A stretch of 63,068 bases of DNA, filler included, from Rhabdomonas costata (GCA_019059605.1; 57 parts of 57 records of this genome joined end to end with filler, not necessarily neighbours in it); one strand, 5' to 3'; shown: positions 23,912 to 37,595, counted from the whole stretch's first letter. Numbers and translations: made by a program. Notes: generated from the sequence alone by a model not told the origin.

Positions 23912-26900
23912 GTCCTCCTGCAGATTCTGCAACCTCTCTGCCTACTCTTGTAAAAGAGCGCCCTTTGCGCACAGAACCGTGAACTATCCACCCTTTCCTG
24001 GCACGTCACGTCCATGACGCCTTGTGCACTAGCGCCTCTCGTGAACAGAATTTGCACCGACGATTAGTTGGGATGCATTTTTTGGAATGGAGATACCGTG
24101 GCTTAATCGAGATGCTGTGCACCTGCTCCTGCAAGAGGTTTTGTCCACCTGCCAGGTAGGCGGGAACAGCGAGAAGGCTTTTCTCGGGTGATGCTCTCAG
24201 GTTACCGGCCGGGACAAAACCTCTTGCAGGAGCAGGTGCACAGCATCTCGATTAAGCCACGGTATCTCCATTCCAAAAAATGCATCCCAACCAACCNNNN
24301 NNNNNNNNNNNNNNNNNNNNNNNNNNNNNNNNNNNNNNNNTTAATTAATTAANNNNNNNNNNNNNNNNNNNNNNNNNNNNNNNNNNNNNNNNNNNNTACA
24401 ATATAACGCTTCCACGATCTTCTGGATATTTTGCCTCGGTGCTTCTCCTTGCTACCAAGTCAACGAAGAACAAGAAGAGGTCGTCGTCATTTTGCAGCAC
24501 CGTGTAGATTTTTCTTACCCCGAAGAGCCTCTACTAAGTCCGAAAGAGTCTCCTTTTTTTTTTGGACAAAAAGGCACACCAAATGAGAGTGTCATAAGAT
24601 CGCCAAATAAAAGAGTCCACGCGATATAATGGCCTGATCAGCTCCCCCCAGATATGTATGATGATATGGACATGGCAAGCAAGTTCAATGCCATTCAAGG
24701 AGGCCTACCCCCCGGGGGCGGGGACAAGCATGTCCGGTACGGTGTGCGCATCGGGAGGCTCGCGAACGGTAATTGTCGCGAGAGACGCAAACACCTGTGT
24801 CGCGCGCAATGAAATAAGAGCTGTTTCCGATACACCCAAACAACAGCAAAGCAATCATACACATACACGCACGCACGGGGGGCGAGCACGTGGACACCCT
24901 TCTTCACGACCGAGTGCGACGACGCTTGTGACGTGTGACGTGCCACCTACATCCTTCTTGCCCAACGCCTTGATCACAACCGCACAGAAGCTGGAGTACG
25001 ACCAGAAGGCCTTCACTTCCCGTTCACCCACGCATATTATAACGCCACAGGTGCGCAGATTTGGGACGTTCGCCTTCTGCCTTGGGCTTGTGGAGATGCC
25101 CATTGCGGGGATCAGCTTTCCCGTCACTGTGCTGGGTGCGCCACCACCTCCTACCCCGCACCTTCTACATCCCGCCTTTGTCTACCTTCTTCCAGCTTTT
25201 TACGGCGAAACAAACTCGCCCGTACAAATAGGTGTGTGTGTGTGTGCGCGCGCGCGCGTACGCGCTGTAAACGCGGTCCATGACAGGACAGAACACGGGG
25301 GAGCACAACTAGCGAATACGCTATGCGCCCAAACTCAGCTCTGATTTCTGTGCGACGACGCTTGTGACGTGTGACGTGCCACCTACATCCTTCTTGCCCA
25401 ACACCNNNNNNNNNNNNNNNNNNNNNNNNNNNNNNNNNNNNNNNNNNNNTTAATTAATTAANNNNNNNNNNNNNNNNNNNNNNNNNNNNNNNNNNNNNNN
25501 NNNNNCGGAGTCCCCCCCCCCGCAACTTATCTACGGTCAGGGAGTGATCTCCTGCTCTTTTACATTCATGTTCCCTGCTGTGTTGCAACCGTGATGGCTA
25601 CTTCCAATGACTCTTGGTGCGTTTCGTGATCTTCCTTATGGCCGGTCATTTGGAGTTATGCCAAATAAACATAGTCTTTTTTTTGCAGAACAGTCATTTT
25701 CTGCGGAGCCCCTGCGTTCATCTCGCTACACCACAAAATTGTTTGGCACCCATTGCTGACCACATATTCCACCCGATGATAATATAAACACCAAGCACAA
25801 TTCGGTTCTTGAAAACGTTTAGCGAGAAACGTCGACGGGCGGAACAACGAAGCCCAAAAGTATAGAGCGTTTCTTTTTGAGAACTTTTTGTCTGATCCGT
25901 TGGTCCACAAGTGCATTCGCACGGCACGTCTGCGAGTCCCAGCCCCGCTGTTACACAGGAGTATTGCAGGGGTGGGTGTGGCCTTAAAACAACAGCCGCC
26001 ATCAGCCAAGCCGCTGAAAAACACATGCCGAGACAAAAAGGAAAGACCATCATGGCGAAGCTTCTCAAAACCCCGAAGCCAAACCTCGAGGCGGAGTACA
26101 ATCAAATCAGGACCAGGAAAAACAATGCGAGAAGGGAGGGATGCGTGCTGCGGACCCTAGCTGCACAGAGGAGAAGCGAGTGTGCTATTTTGACAAACAT
26201 GGGTATCACCCCTGGCATGATGCCCAACTAACCCTTGTGTAACCAAAAACGAACCCTACAGCACCCACTTGAAAACTACTCAGAAACGGATGAACTAAGC
26301 TGGATTGCACGTTGTGGGAAAGCACCAACAGAAGCCACCATAAAAATTAGATAACAATCGGGCGTGCTGAACCACTGGTTTCTGTGTGTTGTACTGCACG
26401 GTGTTGCATTATGTTTGTCCGCGTCACCTCAAAAAGTCACATCTTACAAAAGTGTGCAACAAATCAGGCGTTTTCGGACTTCGAAGCTAAAACGGGTGGT
26501 GAAAGGACTGGGCTNNNNNNNNNNNNNNNNNNNNNNNNNNNNNNNNNNNNNNNNNNNNTTAATTAATTAANNNNNNNNNNNNNNNNNNNNNNNNNNNNNN
26601 NNNNNNNNNNNNNNTTTGTGTTGTCTCGGAATGGAACTGCCCTTTCCACAGTTCGGCCATTCCGATGTCGTAGAACGACCAAACCCAATGCCAGATCCTT
26701 TCCGAGACAACACGTGGCAACGGGAACCCCGATGGACGGAAACGGGCCGGTCTGCGGCATAATTTGCTGGCGGCCGCGTGGTGGCAATCCAAATCTGGTT
26801 ACCTCCTGTGACTGAAGTCAGCGTTCGATTTATCATCATCCAAAATATTCTGTTCCACGGTAACTGTATCGCGCCAGGTCTTGGTGTGTATTAGCATAGA

Positions 26901-28113
26901 ACAGTTTTCATGATTAAGCCAAAATCGTCGAATGATTAAACCAGTGTCGTTGTTTTTCTCTAATCTCATGGCCTGAGATATTCAAATCTAAACTAATGCA
27001 ATCTTGAACATGTGCCAGTGAAAAGCACAATGAAGCATGGCAAACAATTCGCAAAATAAACATTTTTGAAGGTGCAAGGTGTTAAAACATGCCCTTGTAA
27101 AACCTAATCTGCAAAATAACGTTCATGAAAAGTGGTAAAACGGATGATTAAATACAAGAGGATAAAACACAAGCAAAAAAACCACAAATACAACAGTGGA
27201 AACACGCTGGAACTGAAAATAATTGCTGAAATCAAGATCGCGGTTTAGTAAAGCACCTAAAACAAAATAACAGATGTTGAAAAAGCCCGATACGCAACAA
27301 CATTTCCACAGATAAAACTGATTACAGCAACACATGACAAGGAGAAAACGACAAAGATGCAAAAACAACACGAGAGTCACCAACAAAATAAGCGATGTTT
27401 AAAATTTGTGCTCCAAATACACAAATAATGAAGTTCCTATCCGCATACACATCCAATGATGTGGTGTGCTTTGCTTTCACACACAAACACACATCTGCCT
27501 GGTGTGGACTGAGACGCAACAAAAATCATCTGCACAGCTGTAAAAAATTAAGGTAACATCGTAATAAATTGCAACGTTCAGTGTTGCAAGTTTTTCAAAG
27601 GCAAGGCAGCTGACACAAAACANNNNNNNNNNNNNNNNNNNNNNNNNNNNNNNNNNNNNNNNNNNNTTAATTAATTAANNNNNNNNNNNNNNNNNNNNNN
27701 NNNNNNNNNNNNNNNNNNNNNNGGGGTGGGGGGGGTATCGTCAATCACACGCCGTCTAGATTTGGGTCATTTTCGTGGATCACACTTGAAAAAATGTACA
27801 TCCAAAATGCATTTGTCAATCGCTATGCTTCAAACATGGATGCCCAGCTCTGCAGTCCCCACACTTCGTCGAAACGCAAAGAAAATGGTGTCCAGCGGGA
27901 CATTATTCTGACGTTCGTTATGAAAGGTTGAAGGATTCCGAACGAATTCCGAACTTGCACTCCCCAACTCACACCCAAACCTCACCAAGCCATCCCGATT
28001 TCCCTTCCACGCTATTTTACAAGAAGCAGGCGTGCTCCCGAAAAGGAAGAAACCCGTGAGCTCCATGGGCGGCCAAGGCTTGCGAGCAGTCACTTGACGT
28101 TCCTCACTCCTCA

Positions 28114-28322
28114 CTATCGAGAGCCAGCCGCACCAAAGATAGCTTTGATTTCTGTGAAGTCCTCGAACCCATAGACCCCGCGCTCGCGCCCGATTCCAGA
28201 CTGCTTGAAGCCCCCGAAGGGCGCGTCGAAGTCCCCGGCGGCGCCGTTCAGGTGGACATTCCCGGCGCGCAGCTGAGCCGCCACCCTCATCACCTGGTCC
28301 TGGTCAGAGCCCTGCACATAGG
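28114..28322 (-). CDS. Aldehyde dehydrogenase, terminal exon
   Basis: YVQGSD...VAAQLRAGNVHLNG...APFGGFKQSGIGRERGVYGFEDFTEIKAI. Acceptor ttttctcgcag. Confidence 0.95.
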
Positions 28323-29632
28323 CTGCGAGAAAATACCAGCACACCCTGAATGAAACTGGAAGTGCCATAATCATCATTCGTTTCAGAACCAATTTGCGTA
28401 TGTAAACATGCTCACTCTAATCTCCACCAGTTCTTCAACTCTTCTTGACCTGTGATAGCATCACCAATCCCGTCCTCATGCCACGATAGGCCGTTCCGAA
28501 AATGAACCCGTGCCAAACTCCGGGATACATCATCAAAGTCTTAAACTCACCCTTGAGTATCGTAACCCAACCCAGCCCTCGCATGCTCCCTCCCCCCCTA
28601 CTCAGTGTATGGGCACCCGTTTTTGACCAATGCGTGAAAAAAAACAGGTGCACCACACAACTGTGCTCATGTTAGCATACGTACACGTGCTAGCTGGGCA
28701 CTGCCGTCGTGGGGTACGATACACAACACANNNNNNNNNNNNNNNNNNNNNNNNNNNNNNNNNNNNNNNNNNNNTTAATTAATTAANNNNNNNNNNNNNN
28801 NNNNNNNNNNNNNNNNNNNNNNNNNNNNNNGGGTTGGTGGTGACGATGATTACTTGTCAGGCGCAGTCGTTGACTTGTGCTGTGCGTTGATTTTTCCGTG
28901 CTGTATTGCGAAAAGAGGCCCAAAGAATTCATCGTCAGGGGTGTCATAGAGTCAGCACCATAGAGTATGCTAAAGTAGTCCGGGGGCAAAAGTAATCCTC
29001 TCGTTTCCAGGAAGACCGTGGTCTTCTGACCGACGCTGCCGAGGCTGTTGCGATTGCCGTTGCCCAGCACAGGACCTTTCTGACTCCCGCTGAACTCGCG
29101 ATGCTTCTGAGGGCCTGCGGGATTGCGGTGCACTCCCACTGGGCTCAGGTCCGCGGAAAGTTTCCCTTCTTCCCCAAGTTCCCAGTTGGGTGCATAACTT
29201 TGAGAGCGCTGCTCCTTCTATGCTGACCGTGCGACCCTCTGACTTTGGCTGGGATTTTCAGGTGTCCTGTAAGCATGACAGGGTGGTGGACCCTCCCCTC
29301 CCCCCAACATCACCACCACCACTCGGAGTCTCGCTGGCAGCACGGTGTGCTGGGTCAGACACTAGTGTGGCTGAATTATTGTGCGGTCGAAAACGAGGAA
29401 AACCTAAGAGAACACCTTTTCTCATGGAAGTCTCTGCAGCCTCTTTCGTGTCTTGGCTTCGCAGTGCTGGACTGGTGACAGTCTGTCTCAAGTGTTACTC
29501 CTTCTTTTTCAAGGATGGGTCGGGGATCGGCATTGGTCCAGAGATCTTCCTCCCTTACTTCTCGTAGCCAGCCCATAATCCCCTTCTTTTTTCGAAAACC
29601 GCTAGCACTCTTCTGTTTGTCTTTGGCCCACA

Positions 29633-29805
29633 GACTCCCTTCGCGCTGCCCGCGGACCTGAACCGGACAGTGCAGCTCCGGCTGGCTTTACGGCTTCGCT
29701 TGGACAGGATCTTTGGGTTGGTGATCGAGGTGGCGCCCAGCGGAACTCCAGAGAAGGCACCGTGGACCCCCGCCTTGCTGCCCCTGAACGGGCACCTGGC
29801 AACAG
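29633..29805 (+). CDS. Exon of an unknown protein
   Basis: cccacag acceptor, GC-rich open frame TPFALPADLNRTVQLRLALRLRLDRIFGLVIEV..., donor CAG|gtccgc. Confidence 0.45.
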
Positions 29806-32667
29806 GTCCGCCTTCGTGCTGCTGGGAAATCCTTGTTGNNNNNNNNNNNNNNNNNNNNNNNNNNNNNNNNNNNNNNNNNNNNTTAATTAATTAANNNNNN
29901 NNNNNNNNNNNNNNNNNNNNNNNNNNNNNNNNNNNNNNGGGGTTGGGGATGATAAGAGTAAACTTGCTCACGCTGACCAATTCCAGCTCTCACTTGGGTC
30001 CTCGGTGCTCTTCACCTTCAGTAACAAACAGACACAACTGTCCCTAAGTCAAAGAAGAAAACGCGTGGGTGAGATACAGGCAGTGGCATGGTTGCATTTT
30101 CTTGGAGTATCGGTTTTGTATTTTTGCCACGTATTGTACCCGTAGCATAGGCCACTTGGCAGTCCTCGAAGCAACATTCCGTGGCAATTTGTCAATTTGG
30201 GATGCCCACATCACGAGGAGTCTCTCGGAGGTGGCCTCTGAACCCCCTGCCAACAGATTGTGAGGATGCCGTCTTGGATGTAGAATATTTATGATGGGAC
30301 AGTACATAATGCTTATCGGAGCGAATCCATTATTTTTTGATCGAGGGGTGCCATCCTTCATTCATTTGTGTGAAGTTCCATTGCTTTTCTTCACAAAAGT
30401 CGGAGTTGATCTATTCACAAACCGACCGAATAATATATATATGGTATGTGAAGGAGTTGGAGTCAGCCTCCGCCCTAGCGCCAGATTTCACGAACGGAAC
30501 GCGGATCAGGGGTGAATATCAGCGGCATCGAGAATCAAGAACCGGGGGAGTGGTAGGTTTCCTCTCGGCTGCAATGTGTGTCCTGAGAAAACAGCGGGTG
30601 GCCGTGCACAGTTGCTGGGTGCTGAGGTGCGTCGCGAGGGTAGCGCGCTGCACGGGTGGGGCTGTGCCCTGCGCGGGCTGGCCGAGCGGGCCAGAGAGGT
30701 GCTCACTGCCGAGCGCGGCGCCCGCCAGCTTCTGGAGCAGGTCCGCGCCCATCCCGTCCTCCGGGATTCTTCCTTTCGTTGATTTGGAGCAACCATAAAG
30801 AAAAGAAAACAAGAACAAGAGCAGCAAAGCCTTTGCAGGCTTACACAGAAATCAAAACAAAATGCTGGCTGGAGCAGTGAAAAACGCTCCTGAGTTTTGG
30901 GGATGTAAGGATGTCAAAGAATCACAAAAAAGAGTCACAAAAACGCNNNNNNNNNNNNNNNNNNNNNNNNNNNNNNNNNNNNNNNNNNNNTTAATTAATT
31001 AANNNNNNNNNNNNNNNNNNNNNNNNNNNNNNNNNNNNNNNNNNNNGTTGGGGCGTTGACGGTGCTGCTGTTCGTGCTGGACGACACGACGGGCATTGGG
31101 GTGAGAGTGTGCGCCGTGCCCATCCACACGCACACACGCACACACACACACACGGACACATGACCATTGCTATTGCCCTTTGTCCGTTTCTGTGTGAGCG
31201 CATGAGCACTCAGAGCTTGGAACACAGGGGTTGTTCGCCAGCAGGGTGGCAGGGTGGTGGGTCCGATGCAATTTGAGAGGGTGGCTCAAACGTGTACAGG
31301 TTGGCTGGTCCTCCAAACCCTCTCATGTGTTGCTTTTGGACCACATAACTTTTATAACTCCCCCAGTCCCCTCAGGTAACGTTTCCGCCGCTCCGCGGGC
31401 TCGCCTCCGCCCCTGCGGAAAAACCATGTCCCTATTTTGGGGCATCTTCAGGGAACCTTTCATCGCCCTCCGGGCAAATTCACCTAAATCAGCCCTCTAA
31501 CACACCAGAAAGGTACCCGCAATACAGTGTTGTGACGCGCGGTTAAACTTTGCTTAACCGTTAAGCCCCCCAAAATGCACCGGACCGCAAGGTGATCGAA
31601 TTAGGTAAATTACAGTGATGAAATCACAAATTAAGAAGGAACATGTGATTTTTGTGAAATCACTCTCTGTACTGGTCACCTGGTGCGTGGTGCCATGTGC
31701 TATGTTCTTTGGTCTTCTGCGAAAGCTGTTCTCAATGGGCCATTTTCCCCCTTTTCATCTTTGCGAACCAGCCGAGGCGCTGGGCGCCAGGTGGATCGTT
31801 ACCCGAGCTGTGAAGTTGCAGCAAAATTCTCGTACTACATGTGCATGGGATCCCATATTAGCCGGTTTCACAAACAGAAGCCAACGGGGTGCTGTTGGGC
31901 TGGGCACCCAATAGTAACTTTTCTGTGCCCCGATAGGATATAAAAATCAATCACTGTAGTCGGGTGATAATAGCGCCCTGTTTTTGTCGCAAAAGTCGAC
32001 CCTAAAACAACGGCCACAAGAGCTGTCCTCCCGGCAGTATTATTACCCCACAAACNNNNNNNNNNNNNNNNNNNNNNNNNNNNNNNNNNNNNNNNNNNNT
32101 TAATTAATTAANNNNNNNNNNNNNNNNNNNNNNNNNNNNNNNNNNNNNNNNNNNNTGTGGTTGTAGCAAAAGAACATAATTTCCAGTCCACGTTACGGTT
32201 GTTTTGTGTTGAGGGACTGGGTGAGCGGTGACTGTTTCAGGACTTCTGCTCAGACTCTTGGGCTGACCCCTGCGTTGGTGCCAGAGGGCAGTGCGTCGGG
32301 GGAGGGTCCCCGTCCTTCGCGGATCGGCGGTGGCTCAGACGATTTGTCAGAACCAGTGCGTCGAGTCATCACGGTGTGCAGTCTCTTGTCTTCGATGCTT
32401 CGATGATGAATATAGATTCCTCTGCTAGAAAAATGTGGGGCATGCTGCCCCGCAGTGGTTGAAATTTTTTGAGGTAAAACACCACCGGGTGTCAGAAAGA
32501 GAAACAACGGTGGCGCTGTTAAATCAAAAGAAGGAGCCAGGCTTACGAAGTTTCACAATGCGCACCAATTCTACTCGTCCTCAGCGTACCCTTTTCCTGG
32601 GCTGTGTTTCGACATCGCACGAAAGCTTGTTTTCCCTTGCATGAACTTTGGGAAGGTTTTTTTGCAG

Positions 32668-32886
32668 ACGATGGAAGAGATGCTGAACGCCAAGGCTGCC
32701 CGGCAGGCCGAGCGGTGGCAGCGGGTGTACCAGCTCAAGGCTGAAGTGGACCAACGCTTTGCCGCGCTGGCCTCGGTGGAACAGCTGTGCCACTTCACCT
32801 CGGCAGACCCCACAGGGCCCTCCCTGTTGCCTCGCCACTGCAGAGCCATCTTGAACATCCTCACTGAGCCCGACCCGATGATGTGA
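32668..32886 (+). CDS. Terminal exon of an unknown protein
   Basis: ttttttgcag acceptor, GC3-rich TMEEMLNAKAARQAERWQRVYQLKAEVDQRF...PDPMM*. Confidence 0.65.
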   Translation, partial: TMEEMLNAKAARQAERWQRVYQLKAEVDQRFAALASVEQLCHFTSADPTGPSLLPRHCRAILNILTEPDPMM

Positions 32887-33779
32887 ACCGTGTTACATTG
32901 CTGTCATTTGCTCGTTCGTGCTGTACAGTTTTACGATTGTAAAAAAAGACTGTGCATCATTTTGCCATCTCTTGAACCCTTCGGCATAGAAGCACAGAGA
33001 TGGATCTCGGGAAACTGGCACTCGAGATTTCGGTGCTGGTGACCACTGCCCAGCGCAGCAGCGGTTCTACATCGTCCATTTTTGAAATGTTCAATAATCT
33101 TTGGTGTGCTGGTGCGACCTCACAGTGGTTTTGCCCTGCTGGGTGACCTCGGCCCAACACCCCNNNNNNNNNNNNNNNNNNNNNNNNNNNNNNNNNNNNN
33201 NNNNNNNTTAATTAATTAANNNNNNNNNNNNNNNNNNNNNNNNNNNNNNNNNNNNNNNNNNNNAGGGTCGCTCAAACGTTTAGTCCCCTCCCCCCGAATA
33301 AATAGGCCCGCTCATTTTGGCATCCGAAAATTCGGCGTCACATGGGTCTTGGACAATACATCCGATGGATTGTTGCTGGCGTTCATTCGTCTGGGGCGGT
33401 GGTGCAAAAATGCAGCTGCTGTAGCACTACTATTTGCCGGAGTAAACGGAGAATGAAAAAAACAGGGCAGAATTTTGTCTGGTTGTGGTTGCCTTTTGCC
33501 AAGCAGTACATCGGCCCAGGTTTTCCAGCGGAGTGCTTCCCAAAGAGCCCAACAAGCACTTCTCATCAGCCCAGTGTCAACGAGTATTTTAATTTGCTCT
33601 GATTTGTAGTATAGGTTTGTTTAGCAGGCACTGTTGATGCATGGTCTTGGGAAAATTTTTCTGAGATTGCCGTTGGAAATTACAGCCTTGCACAGAATGA
33701 AGATAAAAGTTTCTGGGGGAAACCATTTCATACTGAAAAGGGTCTTACGCGCGCATGAAGGAGGGAAGATCAGCTTCGA

Positions 33780-34271
33780 GGGAGAAATGTTCGACATGTC
33801 CTCCTCGCTGATGGAAGCAAGTCCGCAGGCAGTAGGGCAGGTTGTTCTAGGCGACCTTCACATGAGTTGTCCAAGGAAGTGTATACAGGACGATGGTATT
33901 CCTGGTCCTTGAGGTCACCCAAAAGCCAAAAGTCTGGTACAGGTGACGGGGGCCACATCACATCTCCCTTCTTAGAGATGACCTTACCGGAAAGGGTTAT
34001 CTCTAAGAAGTTCAGTACACTACGAGCTGTATGCGGTGTGGCCCCGTCCTGCTAAAACCACACCTTTGACAGGGGTACTCCTTGCTCCTCCATGCAGAGG
34101 TCCACCTGGTCCCGAATTAGGCCCAGGCACTGAGCGCCTGTGAGGGTTGTTAGGCGGCCATTTTTTTGTAATGAAGAGGGGACTGACAATTCCCTTGGCC
34201 CCCGCACCATACAGTTATAGAGGGGCTTCCCTTCTTTTCCCTTCTTGCTGGTGAATGGCATGGGGGGTTCT
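33780..34271 (-). mobile_element. Tc1/mariner-superfamily transposase remnant (catalytic domain)
   Basis: VWF*QDGATPHTARSVLNFL...GKVISKKGDVMWPP-SPVPDFWLLGDLKD matches QQDGAxxH...WPPRSPDLxPxDFFLWGxLK. Contains a TAG stop in place of Gln and a short deletion. Confidence 0.9.
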
Positions 34272-34410
34272 NNNNNNNNNNNNNNNNNNNNNNNNNNNNN
34301 NNNNNNNNNNNNNNNTTAATTAATTAANNNNNNNNNNNNNNNNNNNNNNNNNNNNNNNNNNNNNNNNNNNNGTTGTGGGGTACATGGTGTTCTTCCACTC
34401 CCTCGCCAAT

Positions 34411-35371
34411 CTCCCACGAACAGCGGCTGGTCCAGCGGGAGATTGGCGAGGGAGTGGAAGAACACCATGTACCCCACGTACAGCACGACCAGAAGCACCT
34501 GCATGTGTCATGCAGACAGAGCGCGTGGGTGCAAAGCAGACGGCTACTCTGCTTTCCAATGAGTGAGAGATTAAGAGGCACCGCTTCCATTGCACTACTA
34601 CGACCGTCTCAGTCTCAATCTCTGTTCCACTCGAGGACGGTAGTGATGGCCAGTGGGCCGATGGAGAGATGGACGAATGGGCGGGCCATCGAATTGCCCG
34701 AAACAGACCGTATTGTGCAACTTCCATGGTACGGTCTCTCTTGGGGTCATCAGTTTAAGGCGAAGGGGTATCATTAATGCGGTGCGCGAAAGGCATCAAA
34801 GGAAAATGAAGAATGAAAAAGAAACGTGAAACTGACCTTGACGTTGAGCACGGAGTTCACCGACCGCCCCAGCCTGGCAGTCCGCCACAGGATCGAGGCC
34901 ACCCCCAGCACGGCCAGGATCCAACCCCATCCCAGGGTCTGCGCCCTGAGATCCTGGAAGTACCGCTCAAACGCCAGGCCCACTGCCCGAACCCGGTAGG
35001 TCGCCTCCTTGCTGGCCAGGCTGCGTGTGCGCGCGTTGCCGCTACTAGCCAGGCGTCCACACTAAACCACCATCAAGTTATAAGCTATTGTACTGCCATG
35101 GGCACGCTAATATCGACAGCCTGCAAAAACAAGGAAAAAAGAAAAGGCACAACGTCGACGTCCACCGTCGCCCATCGTTTCAACCAAAGACAAGAAGAAA
35201 AGAGCCCCAAGACCTGAACGTCCCGTACTCCCGCCGCAGCAGGTGCACCATAAGGCCGTTGAGGGTCAGCATGTCCCCCCAGCTCTGGCGTGAGCGCACA
35301 ACCGCTCCGGACCAGACCAGGTAGAGATAAGGCAGCAGCCCGCCCGCGAAGCACACCGCCATCCCGGCCAA
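34411..35371 (-). CDS. TMEM260: TMEM260 / DUF2723 family GT-C protein O-mannosyltransferase, 3 exons (35214-35371, 34837-35020, 34411-34498)
   Basis: GT-AG splicing gives GLLPYLYL...SWGDMLTLNGLMVHLLRREYGTFSLA...YMVFFHSLANLPLDQPLFVG, matching the TMEM260 motifs WGD..T..G...H.LR.EYGTFSL and FF..ANL....PLF.G. Confidence 0.88.
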
Positions 35372-35775
35372 CCAAACCCNNNNNNNNNNNNNNNNNNNNN
35401 NNNNNNNNNNNNNNNNNNNNNNNTTAATTAATTAANNNNNNNNNNNNNNNNNNNNNNNNNNNNNNNNNNNNNNNNNNNNCAATGAAGGAGAAGGCACACA
35501 AGCGAATCTAAGGTTTTGGTGGGCAGTTGGCGGTCAGGATTTCAGCGCTGTTCTGCTGGTGCTGTTTTCGCGTCTTCGTATTGCATAGCATTCACGTATC
35601 CGTGTTGTAGCCTTCCCCGTTGTGGATTTTTAGATTTTGCTCCCACCTTCATCAGAAGTTACGCTATGGCATCAGATTAGTTCTCGAGTGTCTTGTACCA
35701 GGTACCGGAGAATGTTGCTTTAGCTGAAGCTGTTTGTTATCCTATGGGCCGTATATGCGTGCACCTCCCTCACAG

Positions 35776-35907
35776 GTGGACATTCCTGTGGCAGTTCTGT
35801 CGGGGCTGTCCGTCAGTGGAGGCATTGTGGACCTGTGTGTGCAGCGATGGGACGCTAATCCAAACACATGGACTGGGATTTTCAGCACCCCGCTGAACTC
35901 CGTGCAG
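35776..35907 (+). CDS. Internal exon of an unknown protein
   Basis: cacag|GTG...CAG|gtt, 132 nt open: VDIPVAVLSGLSVSGGIVDLCVQRWDANPNTWTGIFSTPLNSVQ. Confidence 0.5.
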
Positions 35908-36587
35908 GTTTCCATAGCTCTCTCTCTCTCCGGTCCCCACTCCCCCCATTCCCCCAATGCAAGCAAGAGAAAGAAGGTACGCGACTGAAAATTGATTCCA
36001 CCGTGAACGTGGTCGGTTGACGATGATGTTCAGTGGCTGATGATGTTTTTTTGAACGTACAAGGGTCACGTGAACTGCTCAGGTACCCACGTAGTAACCC
36101 ACGGTTTTTGATCTGGTTTGCTTACGTTATCCTGGTACTTTATGGCGGTTTAATGCATGTCCGTTCACGATCGTTCTAGTTGCCTCTCTCCGGAAATGCA
36201 TCATTTTGACTTGGGAGGCCCTTTTGATCACAGGAAGATCCTGTTCAATGTCGGATACCTTTCTCCTCCCTTTTTTCGTGCCGCGTGCTGTCGTTCCTAT
36301 TCGCACGTGATCGGGTTCATTTAAAAATGGATGTGTTAGGGTGTGCGGCTGCGTTTGTGCGGTGATTCGGCAATTGGCGGATGGGTGGCTGCCACAGCTT
36401 CGGGACACCACGGGGAATGTACTGAATGTGCTGGGGCTGACTGTGCCCATTGTCATCTCCATGCGCTACCTGATTCATGACATTACCNNNNNNNNNNNNN
36501 NNNNNNNNNNNNNNNNNNNNNNNNNNNNNNNTTAATTAATTAANNNNNNNNNNNNNNNNNNNNNNNNNNNNNNNNNNNNNNNNNNNN

Positions 36588-37595
36588 TGTTGTGGTTCAT
36601 TATGGACTAATTCAAAAGTAGATCATTTAAATTTAATAAATATTGGTAAGAATTCACATGTTCAACTAGATTTTCAAGATGTTCAGGTGTGTGTGAATCA
36701 AAAATTGAAGACATCAACATCTTTACAAGTTGGTACACATGCACAGAATTCATCAGTTGTACCTAATTTTGTAGATGACGTCAAAGGAAACATCATATTC
36801 GAAGATAAATCATTGAAAAGCCCAACTTCGTCAGTGGTTCATTTAATGGAACATCGAGAACATATACTGTAACAAGTTATTTTATACATAGTAACGGTGC
36901 AATAGACACTTTTACGTCTAATCAGTATGCTAGATATAATACTGATTATGGTTCAGCCGTTCTTTTTACTGCTTCATATTGGAATCTAACGTCATTACAA
37001 AATGGTATAAGTTTTAATATTGATGTTTACGTTTTCCATATCTGATTATAACGCCACTACAAGACCTTCAGCATCAACATTAATAGAGTTAAATTATGGT
37101 CCACAAAATCACCAGTAATATTGCCTGCAACAACAACATATAGATATCTCATTATTTATGGATGGAATTTGTCAGCAGATACAGCTTCATATTCCTTAGG
37201 TTCTGGATATACTGGGTTTTTGCTAGAATCTATGATGATTGGGTTTATGAAAATCGTTATGTAGCTGATTCCGATTATACAGTTACAACTGATACAACGA
37301 CTGGTTATCCTCTTGTTACATATCAAAAAATTTTCGGTGCCATATTATACAATCAATTGAATTTATTAATATATGAAGCACATAGAAGATTATATCCAGT
37401 CGTTAGAGATATTTTTTATAGAATTTTTTTATCTCAGTAATACATAAGATGACTTACGAAGAGCATAATGAACGGATTACACGACACACGGGTACATATA
37501 AGAAATTACATGAAAGAAAATAGACGCAAACAGAAAGAAAAAACGGGAATTAGTCAAAAACAATATGCAACAAAAGATTATATCAACACAAAAAA
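36588..37595 (+). pseudogene. AT-rich, intronless, broken ORFs; possible decayed endogenous viral or other foreign DNA
   Basis: Much lower GC than neighbouring fragments. Y/T/N/S-rich protein-like stretches interrupted by stops and frameshifts. A second ORF start (MTYEEHNERITRH) begins at 37449, 8 nt after the first stop. Confidence 0.35.
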
